Source of the DNA: Lama guanicoe | Taxonomy: Eukaryota | Direction: 5' to 3' | DNA: 64,000 bases | NCBI GenBank assembly: GCA_013239625.1 | Contig: MU057202.1 | Location: forward strand, 3,981,101 to 4,045,100 | In this document: one piece after another, positions 26,262 to 49,980 of the stretch | Numbering within the stretch: the stretch's first letter is position 1 | How the letters are laid out: every line of letters begins with the position of its first letter | Notes under the pieces: model-generated | What the model saw: only the letters and a program-made list of their open reading frames with translations | The model's database searches: none | Told to the model about the DNA's origin: nothing | Program-made: the position numbers and the translations under genes

Positions 26262-31167
<4,906 letters not shown>

Positions 31168-31397
31168 GGTGGTCCAGCGGCGGCAGCCGGGCAGAGACGG
31201 AGGGACGCGATAGGCCCGCGGCGTCGACCCAACCGACTGGCGCTGGCGGGCGGGCACTTCCGGCGGCCGGGCCCTCTCGCGAGAGGACGGCTGATCCCGC
31301 GCGGCGTTGCCGTGGTGACCGCGCAGCGCCCTCTGTGCGTCAGCGCGCCCGCGGTCGTGGCGGCCCGGCCGCGTCGGCGGGGGCGCTGCGCTCGGCT

Positions 31398-34300
31398 ATG
31401 GGGCTTTCCAAAAGCAAACGCAAGCCCGGGAAAGGTAAAGGGCGCCGGCCTGCCGTCTCTCGGGCGCCGCGCCGCCCTCGCAAGTCCTCCTGCGCCGGGT
31501 CCTCTCGGACAGCCCTGCTGCTGCATCTTTGAATGCCTACCTTTAGGGAAATGGAGTGACCCAGGTCCTTCAGGCTGTCTTACTTCGTTCTGGACCAAAG
31601 CAGGCACCGAAGAAGGATGGAATCCATTGCCCTAGAGTCTAATTCATTATTCACATATTTCAGGTGAGGAGTCAAAGAACGAGAGGTCGATGGACAGGCC
31701 TTGCCAGGAGCCTGAGAAGCCCCGAGACGTGAAGCCTGCAGAGAGCTTACTTCAGAAGAAAGAGGCGGCCGAACGGCAGTGGCCTTCATCTGAAGTCGAA
31801 GGTAGGACACGCCCCGGAGGGGCCAGAACCTGAGGTGTGCGACTTCAGGTAGTTTGAGGATGGGGTGGACAGGAGCCTAAGTGAGAGGATGCTAAGAGCA
31901 GGGGCCATGCCCTAACGGTGGAAAGGGTTTTAGGACCTTTATCTGGGAGGTAAATATCCAGAATTCTAGGTGGAAGATGTAAGTTCAGTAAAAGTTCCCG
32001 GGTGGCAGCTGCATAACATGCAGTCAGGAGGAGCTTAACCGTGTGCAGACAGGAAGCCACCCCATCACCCCAGGGTGCATGTCTCTGGCCGCATCCCGCA
32101 GGCTCGAACTCCGCAGGCTGCCCCGGTGTGGAGTAGGTCCTGTGTCAGAGGGAGGTGGGAGCATTCTCCTTGACACAGTGATCCCGAGGGAGTAGAGGGC
32201 AGAGGGACAAAATGATGGGACAGGTGGCAGAATTACTCACTTTGTAACAGCCCAGTGTGGTCAGGCCTCTGGGGGTGGGTCAGGGTTGAAGCCACAGAAG
32301 ATGAAATCTTTTATCAGTTTCCTCATGTGAGTGGTGGAAACGGAATGGCTGAATCATTAAAACAAGGGAAGTATGTTGGATTGGTGCATTGGAAACGTTT
32401 GTCTCTAGAATAGAGGCCCTTAGGGGCAGCAAGGCCCATTGCTGTACCTGGGCAGGAACGAACGAGGTGGTGGCAGGAGGCATATCCAGAAGGATCCAGG
32501 AGGGAGAACCAGCAGAACCTGCTGTCTGATAAGATGGGGGGGGGGGCGTGGTGAAGGACGGAGCCAGGACATATATGGTTTCCACATTAATCGACCACAT
32601 TTTAATTGTCCACATTAAAATGTAAAACATCTCCCCACACGCTCCACGGGTAAGTGTAAGACAAATGGTAAAGCTCAAAAAAATATTTGCAACAAAACTT
32701 AGAGGCAAGAGATTGACTAACATGTGACAGGTCAATAGCCCTGACACATTGCTGGTGGGAGGACCTTGTTGAAGGCAGTTTGGTAACCCCTAGGACGGCT
32801 GTGCTGTGACCAGCAGGGGCAGTTACGGGTGGGCAGGGCCTGTGCAGAGGGTGGGATGCCTCTCCTGCGACCAGGCTATTAGTCAGCTGGCTTTGGCTTA
32901 GAATGGGGATCACCCTGAGTGCACCTGCCCTGTTAGGAGGACCATTAACAGAAGAAAGGCAAGAGTGTCAGAGGGGTGGCTGTGAAGAAATCACCTACCA
33001 CATCAATTATACCTCAATTAAAAACAATTTTAAAGGAAGTCAGTTACCAGTTGTGAGAGCCAGCAGCCAGCAAGAAAGTGAGGGCTTCGTCCTTGACCCA
33101 AAAGAAATGAATTCCGCCTACCCCCAAATGGGTGTGGAGGGTCCCCAGGTCCAGATGAGAATGCAGCCTGGCTGACAGCTGACCCAGGGGGACCGAGATG
33201 CTGTTGGTCCTGGTTTAACTTTGCCACCGAGTCTGTGGTCATCTGCTACGCAGAAACTGAAGACTAACACGGGTTGTGTGTGTAAAGAACCCTAAAAAGC
33301 TTCATGTTTCTCTGTGAAGAAGCTTCATAACGGAGGAAGAGAAAAAAAGGCTTGTTTTGGACGAGAAAGCCTCAGTGATGAAAAGATGTTAATTCTCCCT
33401 TAATCCATCAAATTGATGTGCCCCAGTCAAAACACCACAGGTCTTTTTGGGAACAGGACTCAATTATCCCAAAGTTCATGTAAGAATAAAAACATAAGAC
33501 TAGTTTCCAGAAACATGTGGAAAAGCAGAGGGATTGAGTCCTCCGCACAGAATAATGGACATGCTGTGTCACGTTTGGCTGGGATCTGAGGAAGGATGCC
33601 GGGGAAGGCACAGGGGAACATGGCATTTTCACTGCGTGCCAGTTGAGAAAACAAAAAGCTTCATGTTTTCACCGCAGTCCTGACTCCAGAAGTTCTCTGA
33701 GTCAAAAAGTTGAACATGGAAAGTGAAACTGCACAAGTGTGAAATGGGAATGGGTAAGCACTCTGTAGCTTTAGAGCAGGGAAGGCCTTTTTCCAGTCCG
33801 ACAAACTCTAAAGGCCTTGAAGGAGGTGGGCACAGCTCAGTGGTAGAGCACATACTTGACTTGCATGAGGTCCTGGGTTCAATCCCGAGTTCCTCCATTC
33901 ACACATTTTTTTAAATTTAAAAATAAATAAAAGTCATGAAGGAAGAGACTGATGAATCTGCTGCAAAAAGCAGTAAAGTGAAGCTAAGAACAGGGAGCTG
34001 TTTGCAGTGTGAATCACTAAGAGTGAATTTGTTAAATATAGAAAAGCTCACATACACACACAAAAAAGGTCAAAGTAGACAATGCGAAATGACGTGCATT
34101 CACAGAAGTGCCAATGGCCGCTGAGCAAGGGGGAAGATGCCCCCTCTCATTTGACTTGGAAAAAGATGCAGCAGAAAACTGTCAAGAAACAGGAGGGTGT
34201 GGGGAAGTGTCCTGCTTATGGCCTTGTAGCGGAAATGTACGTTGATATCATCTCTATGGAAATGATTTGACAATATTTACCCAGATTTTCCGAGTAACTT

Positions 34301-35896
34301 TTACCCGACAGAAACCTTCACAAGTCTGCAGATACACACTTGCAAGGGTGTGCACTGCACCACTGTTTAAAAAGAAAAACTGAAAATAACCTAAATCATG
34401 TTCATCAAAGGGAGCTGGTTCCATACGTGCTGGGTCCCGGCCGCCCCGGAGGAGGGGCCGCCCCTGCATGGACGCGTAGCTCCGCCGAGCTCGCAGTCGG
34501 TGCAGGACACGCCTGCACAGTATGACTCCAGATGTTTCTGTGCACTTGGAGTGTTGGGGAGGAGAATTATTATTCTGTGTGCAATTTTAAATCAACATGT
34601 TTTACTTTTAAATTAAATATACATAACCTTTTAAGTAGTCTTAATATGTAAAAAGCTTGTATAAATCAATGTGAAAGATGGCAATTTAAATTAAATCCAA
34701 AATACAATAAAATGTACATTTGGCTTAATGATAAAAATGAAACGGGCACTTAGTGCTGAGTGCAGGCCCAGGATCACTGGGTAGTGGCCACAGTGCTGAA
34801 GGTCAGGGCTCTGTACCAGACTGCCTGGCCCCAGCATCCTCCTCTGCTGCCAGCCTTGGGCAGGTGACTTAACCTCTCTGGGCCTCAGTTCTCCATCAGT
34901 AAAACTAGGTCCTAGGAGGACCTGCTGCAGAAATTGTTGTGGGTCTCTATTCTGGGGCTCAGAACAGTGTCTGGGAGAACAGGCAGCTCTTCGTCCCCTG
35001 TACAACAGTTGGTGAGGTGCTGAGTGGGGAACAAAGCGGGTAACAGTGTATTCTAACTTAGTACTCGTGTGCACACAGGAGGCCTGATGGGGGGCCTGAC
35101 ACTCACCAGCCTGGGGAGCAGGCCAGGAGATGAGGCTGTGAAGGAGCTTCTGCTTTTGTATTTTGTAACATCTGACAAACTCAGCATTTCATAAGTCCCA
35201 GGGGTTCCTTGTAATCTTAACAAGTTTGAGAAAATACTGTGGCCAACATCAGAGTGTTGGTTTCTGGAGCATCCTGATGGATGAAGTTCTTTTACCAGGT
35301 TTAGGATTCTTTGGAAACTGTGCCTCTGAACCTTCACCTCGGGGGCAGACCCTGCCTTTTCCAGGTCTCTCTCCTTTGTCCCTCTCTCCTCCCTGCACCT
35401 GTCACCCGAGCCACCCGGCAGCTCAGCCTTTCCCCATGGATGGTGGAAGGGTCTCTCCTGTTCTTTTCCTTGAAGGAGGGCTCCTGGCCGTCACCACCCT
35501 CATGGCTGGGTTGCTAATGGGTTTCAGTTTTGGGAAGGTCGCTTCTGTTTTTGGCCGCTTTCAGCCTCGCCTGTTTCTTTTCCCGAGCCACAGACCTAAT
35601 TCTTCTGCTCTGGCCTCAACACAGATGTTGTCTGCTTTATGGAAGTGTTTTCCCACAGACGTATTAAGTACCTGGATGTTTTCTCCTTTCTAGAGAAACC
35701 TGACATCAAGTCAGAAAAGAAGGTTGCCGTCCCACAGATCGTCATCACCAAGGCCTCAAAGGAGACTCTGGTCAGCACTGGTTCCGTAGCGAGCCAAGAG
35801 CAGAGGACCATTCGGGAGCGAGCTGCCTGGGGCCCCTACTACCGACACAGGAGCCCCAGTACGGTAGATGCCTATACTGTACAGACCACAGAGTAA
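31398..35896 (+). CDS. SPATA33: Spermatogenesis-associated protein 33 (calcineurin-docking sperm mitochondrial-sheath protein), 125 aa, spliced
   Basis: Exons 31398-31434, 31664-31801, 35694-35896 (378 nt, phase-1 introns). MGLSKSKRKPGKGEESK...EKPDIKSEKKVAVPQIVITKASKETLVS...WGPYYRHRSPSTVDAY; lies head-to-head with CHMP1A as expected from synteny. Confidence 0.9.
32820..33270 (+). mobile_element. MLT1 LTR fragment
   Basis: cagccagcaagaaagtg...gaaatgaattccgcc...ccagatgagaatgcagcctggctgaca...gaaactgaagactaacac. Confidence 0.6.
33280..34750 (+). mobile_element. Decayed L1 ORF2 and 3' region (interrupted by a SINE)
   Basis: gaaaagatgttaattctccct...attatcccaaagttcatgtaagaataaaa; cacagaagtgccaatggcc; A-rich strand bias. 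Confidence 0.5.
33822..33935 (+). mobile_element. tRNA-derived SINE (Vic-1-like)
   Basis: agctcagtggtagagca...gaggtcctgggttcaatccc followed by an A-rich tail. Confidence 0.8.
34790..34980 (+). mobile_element. MIR
   Basis: ccttgggcaggtgacttaacctctctgggcctcagttctccatcagtaaaa is the MIR core. Confidence 0.75.
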
Positions 35897-37725
35897 ACAA
35901 GCACCCAGCAGCTGGGGTTACTCCCTGTGCTCTGAGTCTCAGTGGTGGAGGCAGAAGGGCCGCCCTGTCCTGTGGAAGCCTGCTGGTGCCCCTCCAGTAA
36001 GTGATGTCCCCGTGTGAGCACCGTGATCTCACCTTCTCCAGAGCCACCCACAGCTTAGCAGAGGGCAGGAGTGACTGGCTCCGAGAGTGAGCTTGTGTAA
36101 TAACTGAAAAGGTGGGCATGGCCCTATTGGACCAGCTGGCTATGTAGAGTGAAGGACACCTCTCTGACTCTCTGTGGGCCCTTGTGAGGCAGCATGCTGA
36201 GTGTACTCAGTGAACCACACGCCCCCACACTTGGACAAAAGGCCAGACTCTGAGGACTAAAGCTTAAGGTCTTAGGTCCCAGAACAGGGATGTGCACGGT
36301 CACCTTGGAGGGTCCAAGGGCTCCTAGCTTGAGTATAACCTGATCAGAAGAAGGGGTGGGTGGAGGCAGCTGTGGCTCTTAGGATTTGGCAGTGGCTCTG
36401 TTGGAGCTGCCCTGGAAGAGGAGAGTTGAACTGAGGACCTGCGTCTTCCTGGCTGTGGATGAGGGCGCTGGGTGCTGAGGGGCCATTCAGGGGACCCCCA
36501 GCCTCTGCTGTTCCATCCTTGCCGGCAGCTCTTGGGTCAGGGTCTGCTCTCCTCTGGTGTGGCTGGAGAGCGTGCCCTGCCCTGTTGAGGCCACCCATTT
36601 GGCCTGGAGACAGTGTGTATCAGCTTCCTGCTTCCAGCTTTACTGACACGTTGTTAACATCATTACTTCTACTTGTTTAACTACTTGTGACTGCCACTAC
36701 TAGATACCTGTATAGAAGAATCGAGCCCATACAGAGGTGAACTTGGCCCCACAGGGTCTGCATGACTGCTCTTCTCCATAAAATTTCTAGTAGCTTTTGC
36801 AATTCTATTATTTGACCTAGAAACTGCTTTTCTCATACCCCTGTCTTGAGCATCTCAAATAATCTAAAAGCTATACTTAACCATGGTGTTAATTCTAGTC
36901 TCATTAGCTATTAGCTTAGCTTATCAGAATTCAAAAATGGCTAGAATGAACTAAGTATATTTGTTAAAACATTTTGACTCATTAGGATTACTTAATTTCA
37001 TAATTATCAAATGCCCTTAACTTACATTAATATTGTTTCAGCACTTATAGCACAGTCCCCTTCACAAGAGAAGCTGCACCCGCCGACACATCCCACTCAC
37101 TCTCCTGCCTTCTTTTCTCCTTAGCAGCATAGCTCTCACAGCCTAGAGCTAGAATGGAAGATTCACCAGGGCAGAGCCTGACAGGGTGAGCACTTTGTGG
37201 GTGCCAGACACGAATGTGTTAGGTGACCTCGAGGTCCCACAGCGCGTTCATCGCGCCACATCCTGTCAATTCTTTCGGACGCCCCCTCTGCTCTTGCCCA
37301 GGCCGCCTCCCTCCATGCTGCAAGTCGTCCCTCCAGTGCTCCAAGGGAGAACTCTGAAGCACAACTCCCTCTGCCCCAAGGTCCACTGCAGCCCACCCCC
37401 CCCAAGTTCCCGCAGCCCCTGGGGCCCCCCGGCCCTGCAGCCCCTCGGACGTAGGCCTTCTTGTCCGGTAGCCTTTACTCAGCGCCTCAGCCCAGTCCGG
37501 TGCCGGTGCTTAGAACTAAAATAAAGCCAGAACCTCAGTAGTCCCATGAGATCTTAGGAGCTGAGGTCCTGTGGGGTCGTCGGGAGGTTCCCTTGGTAAC
37601 CGTTGCTAAGGAGCGGACGCCCCGAAAGTACACTGCGCGCCTGCGCGGAGGAACCCCCCTGCCTGCGCCTGCGCCTGCGCCTGCGCCTGCGCACACGGGC
37701 AGCGGGAGGGGGGCCCGCACTCGGC

Positions 37726-44764
<7,039 letters not shown>

Positions 44765-45234
44765 GCCGGGGTCCCCTCGGGCCCAGCTCGACCCTTGGCT
44801 GGGACTGACCAGCTGCTCCAGCTGCCTGCCCCTGCCCACCACTGCCCGGAGCAGCAGGGCGTGGACATGGGGGTGGAGGCTGCACTGAGTCCACCTGACG
44901 CGGTGCCCGCCACTGGCGGAGGAGGTCAGGACTCTAACTTCCTAGGAGAAGACGCAGCCCAGCTCAGCGGGCGTCGCTGGCTTGGGATGAGCAGAACCCT
45001 GTGGTCACTTGTGTCCCCACTTGATCAGGTTCTGCCTGAGAAGGGAGAGGCTAAGTGACCTGTGGTGGGGCTGGGAAGGAGGGGTAGGGCGTGGGGTGCA
45101 GCCAGCCTGGTGGGGAGGAGCCTAGGCTGCTGACACCACCGGAGCGAGAGCCTCGGGCTGGGGCTGCGCTCGGTCCCCACTGTGGAGGCCCCGATCGGCA
45201 GGGGGCACGGTTGGTTCCAGCAGGTGCTCAGGGA

Positions 45235-45240
45235 GATAAA
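45235..45240 (+). terminator. Probable CDK10 polyadenylation signal (variant GATAAA)
   Basis: Only hexamer-like signal seen by eye in the CDK10 3' UTR, about 470 nt after the stop, followed by a T-rich stretch. Confidence 0.5.
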
Positions 45241-45275
45241 TGCTTTCCTTACACACGCAACTGGATCCAGTGTCC

Positions 45276-45281
45276 TTTAAT
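45276..45281 (-). terminator. Probable SPATA2L polyadenylation signal (ATTAAA)
   Basis: tttaat on + strand reads ATTAAA on - strand, about 1 kb after the SPATA2L stop. Confidence 0.6.
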
Positions 45282-46292
45282 GTACTTTGAGGTTCTGATT
45301 CGTGTGATGTGACAGGTGCTGGGAGGGAGGGGAGGTGAGACAGATGGACTGGGGTGGGGGACAACCAGTGGGGCCAGCACGGAAGACAGGCACTGCCCTA
45401 AGGGCAGAGGTGGGCAGACCCACCCCCTCCAGCCCTGTGAGCTGGTGGTTCTTGGAGGACCACCCCCAGGGAAAAGCGACTCTGCCTGTCTGCTATGGCC
45501 TCAGAAGTCGGCCTGGAGGCAGCTGCTTTTGCGTCTTCACCACTGAATCTGGGGTGGGCTTTTGGGTGGGAAGCTTTTAAACTCTCCCACTCTGTCCTCC
45601 AGAGTCAGTGCAACAGTAAGCATCAGTGTGGGGGGCTCAGGAGCCCCCTCACACTCCACCTGTAAGTGGCCACCCGCCACCCACCTCCCACTCGCTGCTC
45701 TTAGGTCTTTACTCTGGTGGGAGATGAGACCATTTCTTCTCCCCTAGGTGCAGCCGGGGCCCATGGGGCTGGTCTCAAGTCAGCACTCAGCTTATTCAGT
45801 GCTGGCCTCTGATACCCATGGTGGGCCCAGGTCCCCCCCATCAGGAGGTCAGCTATGCACTGAAAAGGCGCCGAGACTAGTCTCAGCAAAGCTCAGGGGC
45901 CCATGAGGTCATCTGCAGGCCCCAAGGACAACCCTCTGTGGAGCATCCCCCTGGACACTTAACAGGGAGCAGGTCGGGAGCTACGGGCTGACCTGAGGTC
46001 GGGTGGCGGGAGGGGTGAAAGAGGAGGGTGAGGGTCGTTCCTGGTGACAGGTGTGCTGGCTCCTCTACCCAGCATGTCTGGGCATGGGTCTAGGTGTCAA
46101 GGGCGGGGATGGGCCAGCCCGAGGTGGGGGCTCTCCATGGAAGGCGAGACCCCTACGTCACTGCTCAGGGCTCCTCGGTGGGGGGCAGGAGGGGCAGGGT
46201 GGCCAGTGACCCAGGCCCGAGGATGGACGAGGCCTAGAAAAGCACCACAGAAACTGTCTCCAGAAAGCCCTTGACCCAAGGCCTGGGTGGGC

Positions 46293-49172
46293 CTATGGCT
46301 GGGCCCCAGGGCCCTCGTAGAGCAGGGTGTCCACCTGTGCTCGCTGCAGCCACAGGTGCCGCTGGGTGTCCCCACGTAGTACACGCAGCACATGGCCTGG
46401 GCGGCAGGCAGGCAGGGCAGGACAGTGGGCAGCATGCAGCTGATGGCACGTGTCACAGCAGAGGATGGGCAGGGTGCCAGGGGCTAGGCAGCTGTGAGCC
46501 TGGTAGCCTGGGGGCTCGGGGACAGGCCTGTGCACACGTGGGGGGCCGGCCTGCTCAGGGCTCCTGGGGCTCTCTGGAGTCATTGCGTCTCTGGGCTGAC
46601 TCAGCAGCTCTTGGCGCAGTGAGAGGAAGGAGAAGGCCTCAGGCTCCAGCTCCTCCTCCAAGGGCCCATAGGGCGGGCTGCTGGCCTCTGCTGGCTCCCA
46701 GGCCTCGCTCCCTGCCCCCCAGAGTTTGGCGCTCTGCTCCCAGAACAGAGGCCGGTAGGCCAGCTCTGAGCTGGGTGAGTCCAGGCCTGGTGAGGGCCCC
46801 CCATACAGGATGGCCTCCTCCGAGCCCTGGTCTTCCTGCAGGTCCAGGTACAGGTCCAGCTGGGCCCGGTACACAGTCGGGGAGCCTCGGGGGGGCAGGG
46901 GCGGCGGCTCCTCCTCCCGGGCCAGTCGCTGCTGCAGCCTAGCCACACAGGAGGCCACGTCCGCACTGGCCCGCCGAGCCTGCAGCAGTTCCTCAGCCGG
47001 AAGCACGCTGGTGCCCAGCTGCGCCAGCACCTCACTGAGGATCTCGCATTCCAGCCTCAGGGCGAAGCAGCCCAGGGCCACTTGTACCAGCTGGCAGGCG
47101 GGGGGCGGGGTGGCCACCATGAGGCGGTGGTTGTCCCCACGCACGTAGCCCATCTTCTGGAAGCTCTGGATGAGGAGGTCCTCCGAGAGTGCACCCTTCA
47201 GCACGTGCACATAGCCCCCTGAGAAGGTCTGCAAAGGAGGGGCCGGGTCAGGAGCAGACCCCTCCCATGGACCTGACCCAGCCTCAGCTCCACCCCTGCC
47301 CTGGCCAGCTTCAGGGCCCACGTCTTCACTCCAGGCGGTGGCATGGTGCCAGGGGACCAGGCCGTCTGGGCTGTCTGACGCTCCCTCCAGAGCAGCTTTT
47401 CAAAAACCTGGATGCTTAGATCCACCCCAGAGACTGACCTCATGGCCGAGGCAGGCCCAGGCATCACAGTTTTTTAAAAACGCATACAGCTCACCTGGGT
47501 CAGAATAAACCAAAGAACCCCTACGTTGAGAACTCTCACTGCCCTCTGGCCCCTCCCCTTCTCTCACCTGTGGGTGAGTTAATTTCCATGTACCTGCTGA
47601 GTGTCTGGTTATACAGACATAAACACAGGTGCAGAGCTGCCCCTCTGACCCGGCAGCCTGCTAAACACGTCATTCTGAGCTCTGCCTTTCCAGTTTCCGA
47701 GAGCACTCCCTGTCAGGACAGAGGCCCAGCCTTCACTGCCCGGCTGAGTACGTTTCCACCACACAGACGGAACAGCTATGGTTTTGGAGGCTCTAGACGG
47801 CGGAGGAGCCAGGAGCACTGCTAGGGTGGTGATCACATCTCTGCCACTCTACAGCTGCATGACTCTGGGACCCAGGGCGGGTTTTTCTGCTTACAGTTTA
47901 TGACAGCATCTCTGCAGAGGGGTCACTACTGTGTAAGATTGTTCTCAGGGCTGGGCCTTCACCCCTCACCACGGATCTGGAACTGGACTATTCTTGTGTC
48001 TGTTTCACAGAGGAAGAGGTGGATTCAGAAAGATAAGGTAACTTGCCCCCAGCAACACAGCCAGGAGGCAGAACCAGACCCCATCCAGGTCTGCCCAATG
48101 CTGAAGCCCTGTCCAGCTCTTGGCTCCCCATGAGGCTGGACCCTGCCCTCTGGTCTGAATGGATGAATGAAAGTCCTGGAACCTCAGACCAGCAGGTGTC
48201 TTGAGTGGAGCAGTGGGCTCCAGAGCACACCTCCCAGAGAGAGGCTCTGCTGCCATGGCAACCAAGGGAGGCAGCCGCCCACGTGCCCAGTGACACATCA
48301 CCTTCCTACTCTTCCAAATTAGCTCAGAGCACAAGGCAGCCTGCCCACTCCTGCCAGCCCACAGCTCATGGGAGGTTGGGGGGCCAGGCCAGGGTGGAGG
48401 GTGAATTAGGTTCATGTTTAGCCCAGCTACTCTAGGGCATGCAAGGGTATCTCCAGACCCTGCCTACTTCTAGGGGATGCACCCACACCATGTCATCCTC
48501 TATAAATGGAGGGTTTAGGGTGACCATGGAAACAAGTCCCTCCTGTACACGTGTCCCAGGATTTCTGTGGTAACTGGGGCCACAAGGCCACTTTGGGGAG
48601 GGCAGTGATGTAAACTTTAAGGGACAGGGTACCCCTAGAAGGCAGGCTCCCAGGTGGGTGCCCTCCATCCATCTTGTGTTCAGTCCCAGGAGTACCAAGG
48701 GCACTTTTGGCTAAGAGCTGCTCCGACACGCCCAGGACGGGTCAGTTCACTCAGCCCTCTGAAACCTGTGAGGCTCTGAGAACTCCTGAAACTCTCACCC
48801 TTGACGGTAGTCACCCTCTTGGCAGTAGGCAGCCTGGGCAGAGGGCCTCCACTCAGCCTGGCGCCCTACCTTGATGGTGGTGAACTCCTTCCTCCAGGGC
48901 AGCAGATACAGGTGGACTGCGGCCAACTCCAGCAGCTCAAAGGCGCGGGCCAGGCCGCGCAGCGCGGGGGCCAGGTCAGCGCGGCCCCACAGGCCATCGG
49001 TGAGCAGCGCCAGCGCGTCATCCTGCAGCGCCCCGTGCAAGTCGAAGTCTTCCACCAGGATCTGCCAGAGCACGGCGCGCAGTGATGGGTCCCCGCACAC
49101 GCCCGCGCGGCCGCGCCGCAGTTCTCGCTCCAGGCACAGGCGGTAGTCCTCGGACAGCGAGCTGCTGCCCAT
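46293..49172 (-). CDS. SPATA2L: Spermatogenesis-associated protein 2-like (PUB-like N-terminus, Cys/His-rich C-terminus), 412 aa, spliced
   Basis: Coding exons 48870-49172 (MGSSSLSEDYRLCLEREL...LLPWRKEFTTIK) and 46293-47228 (TFSGGYVHVLKG...CCDTCHQLHAAHC...YEGPGAQP*). An acceptor CAG one base upstream of the ATG implies an upstream non-coding exon. Confidence 0.95.
47985..48130 (-). mobile_element. MIR fragment
   Basis: tttcacagaggaag...agataaggtaacttgccc...caacacagcc. Confidence 0.55.
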
Positions 49173-49980
49173 CCTGGCGGGCGGAGATAGGGTGTCAGAC
49201 ACTAGGTGCCCCTCCCTGTCCGCTGTGCTCCCCCAGAGCCCAGCCTGCATCCACAGGTTCTCCTCCAGCCTGGCGACCCTGTATCTACAGCACCCCCTTC
49301 CCTGGAGACCTGCTGCGCCAGCCGAGTCTCCCCATCCGAGCAGAGACCCCAGATCGTGCTGTGAGTTCCGCAGGCGACCGCGCTACCTATTCATCCCCAG
49401 CCGTCCCCCGGCGCCCGCCGCTCAGCTCCGGCCTCTCCAGCAGCAGCGCGCTTCCGCCAGGGCCGGCTCCGCCCATCGGCCGGGGCCGCGACGTTCGGGG
49501 CGGGGTCTCCTCGGGCACCTACCTCTGGTCTAGTCCAACAGGGGACGGGGCAGGGCCTGGTGACGGCCCGGGAGCACATGCGCCACGCACCTGTACGGCC
49601 ACCTGTCCCTGCGTCGCCCGTCTCCCCACGGAGGACCGGAGGCACACAGCGAGCGCTGGATAAATGGCTCTGTCCCAGCGGCCCGTCCTATGGGGGCGGG
49701 CACCGACATGCTCTCCTGCCGCGGTCTCAGACCTCCGGAGCGGGGCCCTCGGGAGCGCCAGGCCGCCGGGATATAGGTGCCGGGGCCGGCCGCGGGGAGG
49801 GGCCACCCTTGGCGGGGCGGGGCCTCCCCAGGCGGGGCGGGGCTACCCATGACGGGGCGGGGCCTTCAGGTTGCCTAACCGGGACTGGCCAGATAAGGGA
49901 GGAAGGAGCCGGCCACCCTCTGGCGGGGCCGGGCCAGCGCTCATGGTGGGCACCCGACGTGCGCTTCAGCGTGATATAAA
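48900..49980. promoter_or_regulatory. CpG island, SPATA2L promoter and non-coding first exon region
   Basis: CpG-dense with several GGGGCGGGG GC boxes at about 49810-49865. Confidence 0.8.
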
